Of a DNA stretch of 64,000 bases, positions 34,808 to 42,955 are shown in pieces. The first letter of the stretch is position 1; each line of letters begins with the position of its first letter. The notes beneath the pieces were generated by a model that was given only the letters and a program-made list of their open reading frames with translations, had not been told where the DNA came from and did not search any database. The stretch is from Thermoanaerobaculia bacterium (lineage in GTDB: Bacteria; Acidobacteriota; Thermoanaerobaculia; UBA5066; Gp7-AA6), in contig DATJPZ010000103.1 of NCBI GenBank assembly GCA_035506175.1, positions 16,579 through 80,578 on the forward strand, read 5' to 3'. The position numbers and the translations under genes are program-made.

Positions 34808-35236
34808 ATGAGCGACGACCGCAAGTACCGCCACCGCGGCTACCAGGACTCCGGCAACGACGGCGGCGTACGGCGCCCCGCGGGGCCGCGCCCCCCGAAG
34901 GAGGGCCCCCGCGGGCGGGGCGTGGATCAGGACAAGGCGGTCGTGTTCCGCTGCAAGCACTGCGGCGAACGCGTCCTCGACCTCGACTCGATCGTCGTCG
35001 GCGCCACCTGCCGAAAGTGCGGCGCGGCGCTGCACGCGTGCAGCCAGTGCTCGCACTTCGACACGTCGGCCCGGTTCGAGTGCACGCAGCCGATCCCGGC
35101 GCGGATCGCCTCGAAGAAGGCTGCCAATGACTGCCCCTTCTACGCGCCGGCGAAGACCTTCGACTTAACCGGCAGCCGCGGGACCGCCACGCCCGACGAC
35201 GCCCGCGCCGCCTTCGACGCGCTGTTCAAGAAGTGA
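34808..35236 (+). CDS. Zinc-ribbon-containing conserved hypothetical protein
   Basis: CKHCGERV...CRKCGAALHACSQCSHFD...FECTQP...CPFY. Multiple CxxC pairs and a basic low-complexity N-terminus. Confidence 0.5.
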   Translation: MSDDRKYRHRGYQDSGNDGGVRRPAGPRPPKEGPRGRGVDQDKAVVFRCKHCGERVLDLDSIVVGATCRKCGAALHACSQCSHFDTSARFECTQPIPARIASKKAANDCPFYAPAKTFDLTGSRGTATPDDARAAFDALFKK

Positions 35237-35344
35237 CCCTGCGGCGACAGAACGCCATCACGAGGGCGTGAGGCCCGAGGGATCCCCTTCTTCACGACGT
35301 CGAGACCACGGACAGGGATTCCTCGCTTCCCTCGGGATCACGAC

Positions 35345-36004
35345 CTATCCCCTCTCCGCCTCCCGCTTCGCTCGCCGCAGCACGTCCCGGAGCATCCGCG
35401 GCGTCAGCACGCCCGTGAACGTGTTCTGCTGGCTCGGGTGATAGCTCGCGAAGAGGAGATCGTCGCCCACGCGCACGCGCACGCCATGCCCGAAGCGCGG
35501 CCGAGGGCGCGGGATCTCGGCGCCTTCCTCGGCGAGCACGCGCAGGCACGCGTCGAAAGCGAGCGCCCCCAGCGCCACGAGGACGCGCGGCCGTGTCGCG
35601 CGACGGAGGTCGCGGGCGAGATAGCCGCGGCAGTTGTCGAGCTCCCCGGGCAGCGGCCGGTTCGCCGGCGGCGCGCAGCGGCAGGCGGCCGTCAGCAGCG
35701 CGCCCGAGAGCACGAGCCCGTCGTTTCGGTCGACCGACGTCGGCTGGCTCGCGAGCCCGACCGCGTGCAGCGCGCGAAAGAGGAAGTCGCCCGACGCGTC
35801 GCCCGTGAACAGACGGCCGGTCCGGTTGGCGCCGTTGGCCGCGGGGGCGAGCCCCACGAGAACCAGCCGCGCGCCGCGCTCGCCGAACGCGGGGACGGGC
35901 CTGGACCAGTAACGCTCTCCCGCGAAGCGCCGCGGCGGCCGGCGTCCCGCCGCCTCGCGCCATTCGACCAGACGAGGGCAGCGGCGGCAGGAGAGGAGGT
36001 TCAC
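35345..36004 (-). CDS. Uracil-DNA glycosylase, family 5 (UdgB-like) with Fe-S cysteines
   Basis: CRRCPRLVEW..., GLAPAANGANRTGRLFTGD (family 5-type motif), HPSQQN. Confidence 0.8.
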   Translation of the reverse strand: MNLLSCRRCPRLVEWREAAGRRPPRRFAGERYWSRPVPAFGERGARLVLVGLAPAANGANRTGRLFTGDASGDFLFRALHAVGLASQPTSVDRNDGLVLSGALLTAACRCAPPANRPLPGELDNCRGYLARDLRRATRPRVLVALGALAFDACLRVLAEEGAEIPRPRPRFGHGVRVRVGDDLLFASYHPSQQNTFTGVLTPRMLRDVLRRAKREAERG

Positions 36005-36183
36005 TTCTTGGCGGGAAGGCCCTTCGGGACGCCCATCGAGCGCCAGCGCTTCTTGTTTTCTTCCCAGGTCTTCTCGGCGCGCTTGCGGTTGGCCGCGGCC
36101 GCCGCCGCGCGGCGATCGTCCTCGGTGCCGGCCGCCGGTGCCGCGCCGCCTTCGGCGGCGTCCTTTTCGTTCGTCTCGGTCAC
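36001..36183 (-). CDS. Small basic hypothetical protein (60 aa)
   Basis: GTG start. Its stop overlaps the UDG start by 4 nt. Lys/Arg-rich C-terminus (KRAEKTWEENKKRWRSMGVPKGLPAKK). Weak support. Confidence 0.35.
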   Translation of the reverse strand: MTETNEKDAAEGGAAPAAGTEDDRRAAAAAANRKRAEKTWEENKKRWRSMGVPKGLPAKK

Positions 36184-36211
36184 GCGGACATTCTACCGGG
36201 GTCCGCGGCGA

Positions 36212-36655
36212 TCACTGAACGATGACGGTGCCCTGCATCATCGTCCCGTGGACGCGGCAGAAGTACGGGTAGCTGCCCGCCGAGGGGAACGTGTGCTGGA
36301 ACGTCGCGCCCGACTCGACTCCCGAGTCCCAGGTGCCGTCCGGGATGCAGCCGTTCGGGCAGATTCCCGAGGTCGTCGAATGGGTTCCCGACAGCCAGTT
36401 CCACTGCACCGTGTCGCCGACGTGGATCGTGGTCGTCGAGGTCCCGCTGGCCTGGTCCACGAAGACGTTCAACCGATTGCCCGACTGGTCCTGGCCGACG
36501 AAGACGATGTGCGGGGCGCTCGGCGTGGGCGTCGGGCCGGACGGCGTCGGCGTCGCCGAGGGTCCGCTCACCGTGTTGCCGCAGCCGGCCGACACGGAAA
36601 GGGTGAGCGCGAGGACCGCGGCGCGCGCGGCGGGTTCGAACCTCATCTCCCGCAT
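36212..36655 (-). CDS. Cupredoxin (plastocyanin/azurin-like) lipoprotein
   Basis: Lipobox LSVSAGC. Type-1 Cu ligand pattern ...GTHS... and YFCRVHGTMMQG. Confidence 0.75.
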   Translation of the reverse strand: MREMRFEPAARAAVLALTLSVSAGCGNTVSGPSATPTPSGPTPTPSAPHIVFVGQDQSGNRLNVFVDQASGTSTTTIHVGDTVQWNWLSGTHSTTSGICPNGCIPDGTWDSGVESGATFQHTFPSAGSYPYFCRVHGTMMQGTVIVQ

Positions 36656-36677
36656 GCTAACGCGCGGAAGCGGCCCT

Positions 36678-36683
36678 TATAAT
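36678..36683 (+). promoter_or_regulatory. Consensus -10 box TATAAT 11 nt upstream of GTG 36695 (tyrS)
   Basis: ccctTATAATccccgcccaccGTG. No SD. Confidence 0.4.
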
Positions 36684-36694
36684 CCCCGCCCACC

Positions 36695-37906
36695 GTGCCC
36701 GACACCTCCGCGATGCTCCAACGGCTGCGCCGCGGCGCCGTCGACCTGATCGACGAAGCCGACCTGTCCCGCAAGCTCGCGCGCGGGCCGGTGACGGTCA
36801 AGGTGGGATTCGACCCGTCCGCCCCCGACATCCACCTCGGCCACACCGTGATCCTGAGGAAGATGCGGCACTTCCAGGACGCGGGGCACCGGGTGATCTT
36901 CGTCATCGGCGACTTCACGGGCTTGATCGGCGACCCGTCCGGCAAGAAGGCGACGCGGCCTCAGCTGACGCCGAAGGAGATCGAGGTCAACGCGGCGACC
37001 TACACGAAGCAGGCCTTCAAGATCCTCGACGCCGGGAAGACCGTCATCGAGTTCAACAACAAGTGGCTCTCCGCCCTCGGATCCGCCGGCTTCGTGCGGC
37101 TGGCCTCGCGCGTCACGGTCGCGCGGATTCTCGAGCGCGACGACTTCCAGAAACGCTGGAGGGCCCAGCAGCCGATCGCCCTGCACGAGCTGCTCTACCC
37201 GCTCGCCCAGGGCTACGACTCGGTCGCCCTCAAGGCGGACGTCGAGCTCGGCGGCACGGACCAGCTCTTCAACCTCCTCGTCGGCCGCGACCTGATGCGC
37301 GCCGAGGGTCTCGAGCCGCAGGTCGTGATGACCCTGCCGCTGCTCGTCGGAACCGACGGCGTGGAGAAGATGTCGAAGTCGCTCGGCAACGCGATCGGCG
37401 TTCTCGACCCGCCCGGCGACATGTTCGGCAAGGTCATGTCGATCCCCGACGCGCTGCTCTGGAACTGGTACGAGCTGCTGACCGACGAACCGCTGCCCGA
37501 GGTTGCCGCGCGGCGCCGGCGCGTCGAGGAAGGCGCGGAGAACCCCCGCGACGCCAAGGCGCATCTCGGGCGAACGATCGTGGCGCAGTTCCACGGGGCC
37601 GACGCCGCCGGGCGCGCCGAGGAGGGCTTCCGCAAAGCGTTCTCCCGCGGCGAGGTTCCGGAGGACGTCGCAACCAGGAGCCTTCCCGTCTCCTCCGGCG
37701 GCGCCGCGAAGGCGATCGTGGGGCTCGGTCTCGCCGCCTCGATGCGCGAAGCGCGCCGCAAGATCGCCGAGGGAGCGCTGAAGGTCTACGCCGACCGAGC
37801 GGCCGAGCCGCGCGACGTCCGGGATCCCGAGGAAGATCTGTCGGCCGCCGGAGACGCCGTGCTCCGCCTCGGCCGGCGGTTCATCCGCGTGGCCTGGACG
37901 AAATAG
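36695..37906 (+). CDS. tyrS: Tyrosine--tRNA ligase
   Basis: HIGH-type motif DIHLGH, KMSKS present, LYPLAQGYDS, and a C-terminal S4-like domain. Confidence 0.95.
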   Translation: MPDTSAMLQRLRRGAVDLIDEADLSRKLARGPVTVKVGFDPSAPDIHLGHTVILRKMRHFQDAGHRVIFVIGDFTGLIGDPSGKKATRPQLTPKEIEVNAATYTKQAFKILDAGKTVIEFNNKWLSALGSAGFVRLASRVTVARILERDDFQKRWRAQQPIALHELLYPLAQGYDSVALKADVELGGTDQLFNLLVGRDLMRAEGLEPQVVMTLPLLVGTDGVEKMSKSLGNAIGVLDPPGDMFGKVMSIPDALLWNWYELLTDEPLPEVAARRRRVEEGAENPRDAKAHLGRTIVAQFHGADAAGRAEEGFRKAFSRGEVPEDVATRSLPVSSGGAAKAIVGLGLAASMREARRKIAEGALKVYADRAAEPRDVRDPEEDLSAAGDAVLRLGRRFIRVAWTK

Positions 37907-38387
37907 GCACCGGGACCGGCGCCCCGGCCTCCAGCCGCGCCGCGCCCGCCTTCGAACGCGGCCGGCAGCGCTTGCAGATCCCGCGCATCTGGTGGTTGTG
38001 GGACAGCAGCAGGAATCCGTGGCGCGACGCGACCTCGTCCTGCAGCGCCTCGATGCGGGGCTCGAAGAACTCGATGACCTTGCCGCACTGGTCGCAGATC
38101 AGGTGGTCGTGGTGGTCCCCGGCGTGGAGCCGCTCGTAGCGGTAGCCGGCCTCGCCGATGCGGAGCTTGCCGACCACGCCCGCTTCGACCAGGAGCTCGA
38201 GCGTCCGGTAGATCGTCGCGCGCGAGATCTTCTTGTGCTGCGATCTGAGCCGAACGAGCAATTCGTCCGCTTCGACGTGTTCGTGCTTGCTGAACACTTC
38301 GTCGAACAGCGCCTGCCTCTCGGCGGTGAGCTTGAGGCCCCGCCGTTCCAGGTACTTGCGAAAAATCTGCAGCTCGCGGCGGTTCAT
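37881..38387 (-). CDS. Fur family transcriptional regulator
   Basis: LKLTAERQALFDEVF...ISRATIYRTLELLVEAGVV...HHDHLICDQCGKVIEF...CKRC. Start taken at ATG 38387 (the ORF-track TTG is at 38408). The 3' end overlaps tyrS by 26 nt. Confidence 0.85.
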   Translation of the reverse strand: MNRRELQIFRKYLERRGLKLTAERQALFDEVFSKHEHVEADELLVRLRSQHKKISRATIYRTLELLVEAGVVGKLRIGEAGYRYERLHAGDHHDHLICDQCGKVIEFFEPRIEALQDEVASRHGFLLLSHNHQMRGICKRCRPRSKAGAARLEAGAPVPVPISSRPRG

Positions 38388-38467
38388 GGGATTGCGACTC
38401 TGTCTCAATTGGGATACTCTGCCCTCTCCCGGCCGATGTCAAGAGCCGGCGAGGAAGGGCTTCCACC

Positions 38468-39259
38468 ATGTGGCAGGGCTTCACGATCGCGCTGCGCGAG
38501 GGCATCGAGGCGTTTCTCATCGTCGCGCTGACGCTCGCCTACCTGCGCCGGACCGGGCGCGGGAACCTCGCGCGGGCCGTCTGGGCCGCCGTCGCCGTCT
38601 CCGTCGTCACCTGCACCGGCGCCGGCCTGCTCTTCTCGAAGGCCGCCAACCAGTCCCTCTGGGAAGGCATCCTGGCGCTGGCCGCCGCCGCGCTCGTCGG
38701 CAGCCTCCTCGTCTACATGAAGCGCATCTCGAAACACCTGAAATCGGACATCGAGCATCGTCTCGAGGAAAGAGCCGCGGCCTCAAACCCGCGCCGCGCC
38801 TTCTGGGGCGTCTTCGCCTTCGCGCTGCTGATGATCACGCGCGAGGGGATGGAGACGGCCCTGCTGATCGCGACGGCGCTCTTTCAGTTGAAGTCCGCGA
38901 CCGTCGTCGCCGGGCTCGCGCTCGGCCTGCTCGGCGCCGCGGCGATCGGCTTCTCGTGGACGCGGCTCGGCAAGCACGTGGACGTCCGCGCGATCCTGAG
39001 CGTCTCCTCGATCTTTCTCGCGATCTTCCTGGTCCAGCTGGTGCTCTACGGCGTCCACGAGCTCGCCGAGGCGCGCGTCTTCCCGTCCTCGCAGGCGATT
39101 CACGACGCCACCGAGATCCTGGGTCCCGACGGCTTGATCGGGCACCTGCTCGCCTACGCGCTCGCGGTCGTCCCGACGGTGTGGCTCGCGGGCGTGTGGT
39201 GGAAGCGGCGGCGCGCGGCCTCGGCCGGGGCCGGCGACCGGCACATCAGCGCGGCGTAG
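38468..39259 (+). CDS. FTR1-family high-affinity iron permease
   Basis: Two REGxE motifs (REGIEAF, REGMETA). Seven TM segments. Confidence 0.85.
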   Translation: MWQGFTIALREGIEAFLIVALTLAYLRRTGRGNLARAVWAAVAVSVVTCTGAGLLFSKAANQSLWEGILALAAAALVGSLLVYMKRISKHLKSDIEHRLEERAAASNPRRAFWGVFAFALLMITREGMETALLIATALFQLKSATVVAGLALGLLGAAAIGFSWTRLGKHVDVRAILSVSSIFLAIFLVQLVLYGVHELAEARVFPSSQAIHDATEILGPDGLIGHLLAYALAVVPTVWLAGVWWKRRRAASAGAGDRHISAA

Positions 39260-39989
39260 CCGTCACTCGAGCCGCGGGCGTGCGCCCCGAGCGCAGCATC
39301 GCCTCGACGACCTTCTCGGAAACTCCCGCCGCGCGCAGCTGCTGGATCTCCGGCGTCGACAGCGAGTAGACGATTTTCTCGCGCTCGACGCGGGCGAGGA
39401 GCTCGTCGTCGGTCGCCCCCGCTTCCTTCGCGGCCACGATCGCGCGGTAGGGCTTCTCGACGGGCCGCGGGGTTCCGACGTAGGGCTGGTCGGGAATCGC
39501 ACCCCGGGGGCCCGGCGTCGCCGACGGCGCTCCGATCTTCCGCAGGTATCCGGCCGGATGGGCGCCGCCCGGACCACACGACCCGTCGGCCGGGTGCGTG
39601 AAGTGAATCAGGTCGCCGCCCTTCGGCACGTGGACGTACTCGCCGGCGATCGCGACGCGATCGCCCGGGGCCAGGTGGAGCGCCGCGCCGCCGCACGAAA
39701 GATCGTGGACCACTTTCACGCGCGCCGTCGTGTCGATCTCGAGATTCCGGTCGGCGCCCGCCGGCTGGTCGTCGGCCACGCGCGCGCTCGACAGCACGAT
39801 CTCGAACTCGAGGAAGCGGCGCCCGTTCTTGTGCTTCGTTTCGCGCGGCGCGCTCGCGACGGTGCCCTCGCCCACGATCTCGACGTGCGGGCTCTTGCGC
39901 GAAGCGCCAGACGCCGGCGCGCCGGCGAGCAGCGCGAGACCCGCGGCCAGGGCGAGCAGAACGGGACGACGGAAACGCCGGCGGAGCAC
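39246..39989 (-). CDS. Secreted DUF3465-like protein
   Basis: Signal peptide. ...GDRVAIAGEYVHVPKGGDLIHFTHPADG... resembles the DUF3465 core. Helical C-terminal part. Confidence 0.5.
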   Translation of the reverse strand: MLRRRFRRPVLLALAAGLALLAGAPASGASRKSPHVEIVGEGTVASAPRETKHKNGRRFLEFEIVLSSARVADDQPAGADRNLEIDTTARVKVVHDLSCGGAALHLAPGDRVAIAGEYVHVPKGGDLIHFTHPADGSCGPGGAHPAGYLRKIGAPSATPGPRGAIPDQPYVGTPRPVEKPYRAIVAAKEAGATDDELLARVEREKIVYSLSTPEIQQLRAAGVSEKVVEAMLRSGRTPAARVTATPR

Positions 39990-40078
39990 GGCGCATTATG
40001 GGTCGAAACGGCAAACCCCATCGGTTCAATGGCTTGGATGCCCTCGAACACGTCCCCCGAAACCGCGGGTTTTCCGTC

Positions 40079-40108
40079 TTGACGAAGCCGCGGGCCTGAG
40101 CCTATCTT
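40079..40108 (+). promoter_or_regulatory. Candidate promoter TTGACG - 18 nt - TATCTT upstream of the dihaem peroxidase-like operon
   Basis: -35 at 40079-40084 and -10 at 40103-40108, followed directly by the inverted repeat at 40112-40132. Confidence 0.35.
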
Positions 40109-40111
40109 TGC

Positions 40112-40132
40112 GATTGAGACTGAATCTCAATC
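40112..40132. promoter_or_regulatory. Candidate operator: inverted repeat GATTGAGA-N5-TCTCAATC
   Basis: Perfect 8-bp arms at 40112-40119 and 40125-40132, immediately downstream of the -10-like box. The ATTGAGAC 8-mer also occurs in the fur/FTR1 intergenic region (38402-38409, minus strand). Confidence 0.4.
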
Positions 40133-40161
40133 TGAGTTGCAGCGGGATCCGGGAGGCGCGC

Positions 40162-41880
40162 GTGGCAAAACGGTCCTCGGAGACGACGGGAACGACGGCG
40201 ATCGTGGCCCTGGCGCTCGGCGCCGTGGGCCTCTTCGCGAGCCTCGGTGCCCGCGACGTCGCGACGCGCTCCACGCGCCTCGCCGCCGCGACGCATCCAA
40301 TTTCGCGATCGGGCCGGCCGACGCCGCGCCTGCGTCCCCGCGGGGACGACGTCGATCCGCCCGAGGTGCAGATCGGCGAGCGCCTCTTTCTCGAGACGCG
40401 CTTTTCCCAGTACTTCGCCGCGCACATGACGTCGGTCAACGCACCGCTGCTTCAGGGCGACCCGACGCTCGACACGCTGCCGACGTCGAACGGGCCGCTG
40501 CCCGGGCCCTTCGCCGGCAAGTCCATGAACTGCCGCAACTGTCACCTCGTCGACGACACCGCCGGGGCTCCGACGCGCACGTACTGCGACTACAGCCGCA
40601 AGAGCCTCGTGCCGGCGCGCGAGGACGGGCAGGTCCAGACGCCGCGCAATTCGCCCACGCTCGTCAACGCGCTGCTCCCCCGCTCCGGGCCGACCTTCCT
40701 CCACTTCGACGGCGAGTTCACGACGCCGGAGGATCTCGCCGTGGGCACCATGACCGGGCGCAACTTCGGCTGGCTGCCGCTCGAAGGCGAGACGGCGATC
40801 GCGCACATCGCCCGCGTCGTCCGCGAAGACGACGGCACGGGAGATCTCGGGCAGCAGTACGGCGACCTTTCGTATCGCGTCCTGCTCGCGGGCATGGATC
40901 CCTCGATTCCGCTCGAGCTTCGACTCCCGCCCGAGTACCGGATCGACGTCACGGCCGCGAGCGACGCCGACGTCGTCCTCGCCGTCGCGAGGCTCATGAC
41001 GGCCTACATGCGGTCGCTGACGTTCGCCAACGCGTCGCCCTACGACGTCTTCCTCGCGAAGAACGGGCTGCCGGCAGGGCCCGACCCGGGCGAGACCGAT
41101 CTCGACTACAGCCGGCGTCTCCGGGCCGCCGTCAACGCGCTGGCGAATCCCGTTTTCGTCGGCCCCGAGGACGGCACGTTCTCCGAGCACGACCAGGAGT
41201 TCGTCTTCGGCCAGACCGAGTTGACGGGCCTGAAGATCTTCCTGCGCGAGCCCCTGCCGCAGACGCTTGCCGGGGATTCGCGATTCCTCTCGACGCGCAC
41301 CGGCAACTGCATCGCCTGTCACCCGGCGCCGAACTTCACCGACTTCTCCTTCCACAACATCGGGGCGACCCAGGAGGAGTACGACGCCGCCAACGGCGAC
41401 GGCGCCTTTCGCCGTCTCTTCATCCCGGACCTCGACTACCGCAACGCCCGCTACGACCAGTACCTGCCGCCGACGCCGCAGCACCCGTCGGCGACCGGCG
41501 TCTTCAAGACGGCGCCGCTCGACCTCGGCGTCTGGAACGTCTACGCCAACCCCGACTTTCCCGCGCCGCAGGACGGCTTGAACGCGCTCCTGAATCCCGG
41601 CGGCCGCGCCCCGGCCGACGCGCTCCGCGGCCTGATCGGCTACTTCAAGACGCCGACGCTGCGCGACCTCGGCCAGTCCGGCCCTTATCTCCACACCGGG
41701 CGCATGCGCACGCTCGAAGAGGTCCTCGAGCTCTACGACACGATGTCGGACATGCAGCGGGATGGCCGCGTGCGCAACGGCTCCTCCGAGCTCGCGGGCA
41801 TCTTCTTCGCCGAGGATCCGGGCGCGGACAAGGAACCGGTCGTGGCGTTCCTGAAGTCGTTGAACGAGGACTACAACTGA
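40162..41880 (+). CDS. Dihaem cytochrome c peroxidase family (CCP/MauG-like) protein
   Basis: GGGAGG upstream of GTG. Signal/TM. Two CxxCH sites (CRNCH, CIACH). PTLRDLGQSGPYLHTGRMRTLEEV is a CCP-type block. Confidence 0.85.
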   Translation: MAKRSSETTGTTAIVALALGAVGLFASLGARDVATRSTRLAAATHPISRSGRPTPRLRPRGDDVDPPEVQIGERLFLETRFSQYFAAHMTSVNAPLLQGDPTLDTLPTSNGPLPGPFAGKSMNCRNCHLVDDTAGAPTRTYCDYSRKSLVPAREDGQVQTPRNSPTLVNALLPRSGPTFLHFDGEFTTPEDLAVGTMTGRNFGWLPLEGETAIAHIARVVREDDGTGDLGQQYGDLSYRVLLAGMDPSIPLELRLPPEYRIDVTAASDADVVLAVARLMTAYMRSLTFANASPYDVFLAKNGLPAGPDPGETDLDYSRRLRAAVNALANPVFVGPEDGTFSEHDQEFVFGQTELTGLKIFLREPLPQTLAGDSRFLSTRTGNCIACHPAPNFTDFSFHNIGATQEEYDAANGDGAFRRLFIPDLDYRNARYDQYLPPTPQHPSATGVFKTAPLDLGVWNVYANPDFPAPQDGLNALLNPGGRAPADALRGLIGYFKTPTLRDLGQSGPYLHTGRMRTLEEVLELYDTMSDMQRDGRVRNGSSELAGIFFAEDPGADKEPVVAFLKSLNEDYN

Positions 41881-42926
41881 TGCCGTCGTGGCTCGCCGCG
41901 CTCGTGCTGGGCGCCGCGCTCGCCTACGAGCCGACGGTCGCGACCGTCGAACGCCGCGTGGCGTCGATGGGCACGACGCTCGATCTCGTCGTCCGCATGA
42001 AGTACCGCGCGCAGGCCCTCGACGCATCCGAGGCCGCGCTCGCGGAGGTCGTCCGCGTCGAGAGCCTTCTGACCACGTGGAAGCGGGGCGGCGAGCTCGA
42101 CCGGATCGACACCGCTCCCCCGGGGCAGTCCGTGGCCGTCTCTCGCGAGCTCGTCGACCTGCTCGCCAATGTCTTCGACTGGGTCCCGCGGACCGGCGGC
42201 GCCTTCGACCCGACGGTGGCGCCGCTGATGCGCGCGTGGGACCTGCGCGGCAAGGGCCGGATCCCGGCGGCGGCGGAGCTTTCGGCCGCGCGCGCCGCCG
42301 TCGGCGTCGCGAAGTTCCGACTGGACCCGTCGCGGGCGACGGTGACGCGTCTCGAGGCTGCCGCCGGGATCGACGAGGGCGCCTGGGGCAAGGGCTACGG
42401 CCTCGACCGCGCGGGCGCGGTGCTGGCGAAGGCGGGGGTCCGCAGCGCGCTCCTCGACCTCGGCGGTCAGGTGCTCGCGATCGGGTCGGACTCCGGCGAG
42501 AAACCCTGGCGCGTGCCGGTGGCCGACCCGCGCGACCGCGCGCGCACGGTCGCCGAGCTCGGCCTCGCCGACCGCTCCGCGGCGACCTCCGGCGACTCGG
42601 AGCGGTTTCGCGAGGTCGACGGCCGGCGGATCGGCCACATCCTCGATCCCGCGACGGGCGAGCCCGCCCGCGACTTCGGCTCGGTCACGGTCGTGGCCTC
42701 CTCGGGCCTCCTCGCCGACGTCCTGTCGACCGCGCTCTTCGTGCTCGGTCCCGAAAAGGGCCTCGCCCTCTCGGAGAGCCTGCGCCGCCAGGGAGTGGAC
42801 AACGAGGTTCTCTTCCTCGTCGTCGGCCGCGAGGGCCTCGAGGCCGCGGCCAGCCCCGGCCTGTCTTCGTTCGTCCTCTCGGCCAACACCCGCGCGGTGC
42901 GCGGCCTCCAGCCGTCCACGCCCTGA
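41880..42926 (+). CDS. ApbE-family FAD:protein FMN transferase
   Basis: TGATG overlap with the upstream stop. MGTTLDLVV...GGAFDPTVAPL...AWGKGYGLDRA...SGDSERF...HILDPATG. Confidence 0.85.
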   Translation: MPSWLAALVLGAALAYEPTVATVERRVASMGTTLDLVVRMKYRAQALDASEAALAEVVRVESLLTTWKRGGELDRIDTAPPGQSVAVSRELVDLLANVFDWVPRTGGAFDPTVAPLMRAWDLRGKGRIPAAAELSAARAAVGVAKFRLDPSRATVTRLEAAAGIDEGAWGKGYGLDRAGAVLAKAGVRSALLDLGGQVLAIGSDSGEKPWRVPVADPRDRARTVAELGLADRSAATSGDSERFREVDGRRIGHILDPATGEPARDFGSVTVVASSGLLADVLSTALFVLGPEKGLALSESLRRQGVDNEVLFLVVGREGLEAAASPGLSSFVLSANTRAVRGLQPSTP

Positions 42927-42955
42927 CCCCCGCAACCGAGGAGGAAAAAACCGAA

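Noticed and set aside
33475-35287. Repeated palindromic (A/G)GGGATCCC(C) elements in convergent intergenic spacers (33475-33482, 33502-33509, 35277-35287)
   Set aside because: They are short, GC-flanked BamHI-like palindromes, which are expected fairly often at this base composition. Similar strings occur inside genes. This is insufficient to call a REP family or terminators without genome-wide counts.
36629-36650. GGGTTCGAACCTCATC, reminiscent of a tRNA T-arm
   Set aside because: It lies inside the cupredoxin lipoprotein CDS (encoding MREMRFEPAA on the minus strand). No acceptor or anticodon arms can be built around it. No tRNA-like cloverleaf is visible elsewhere.
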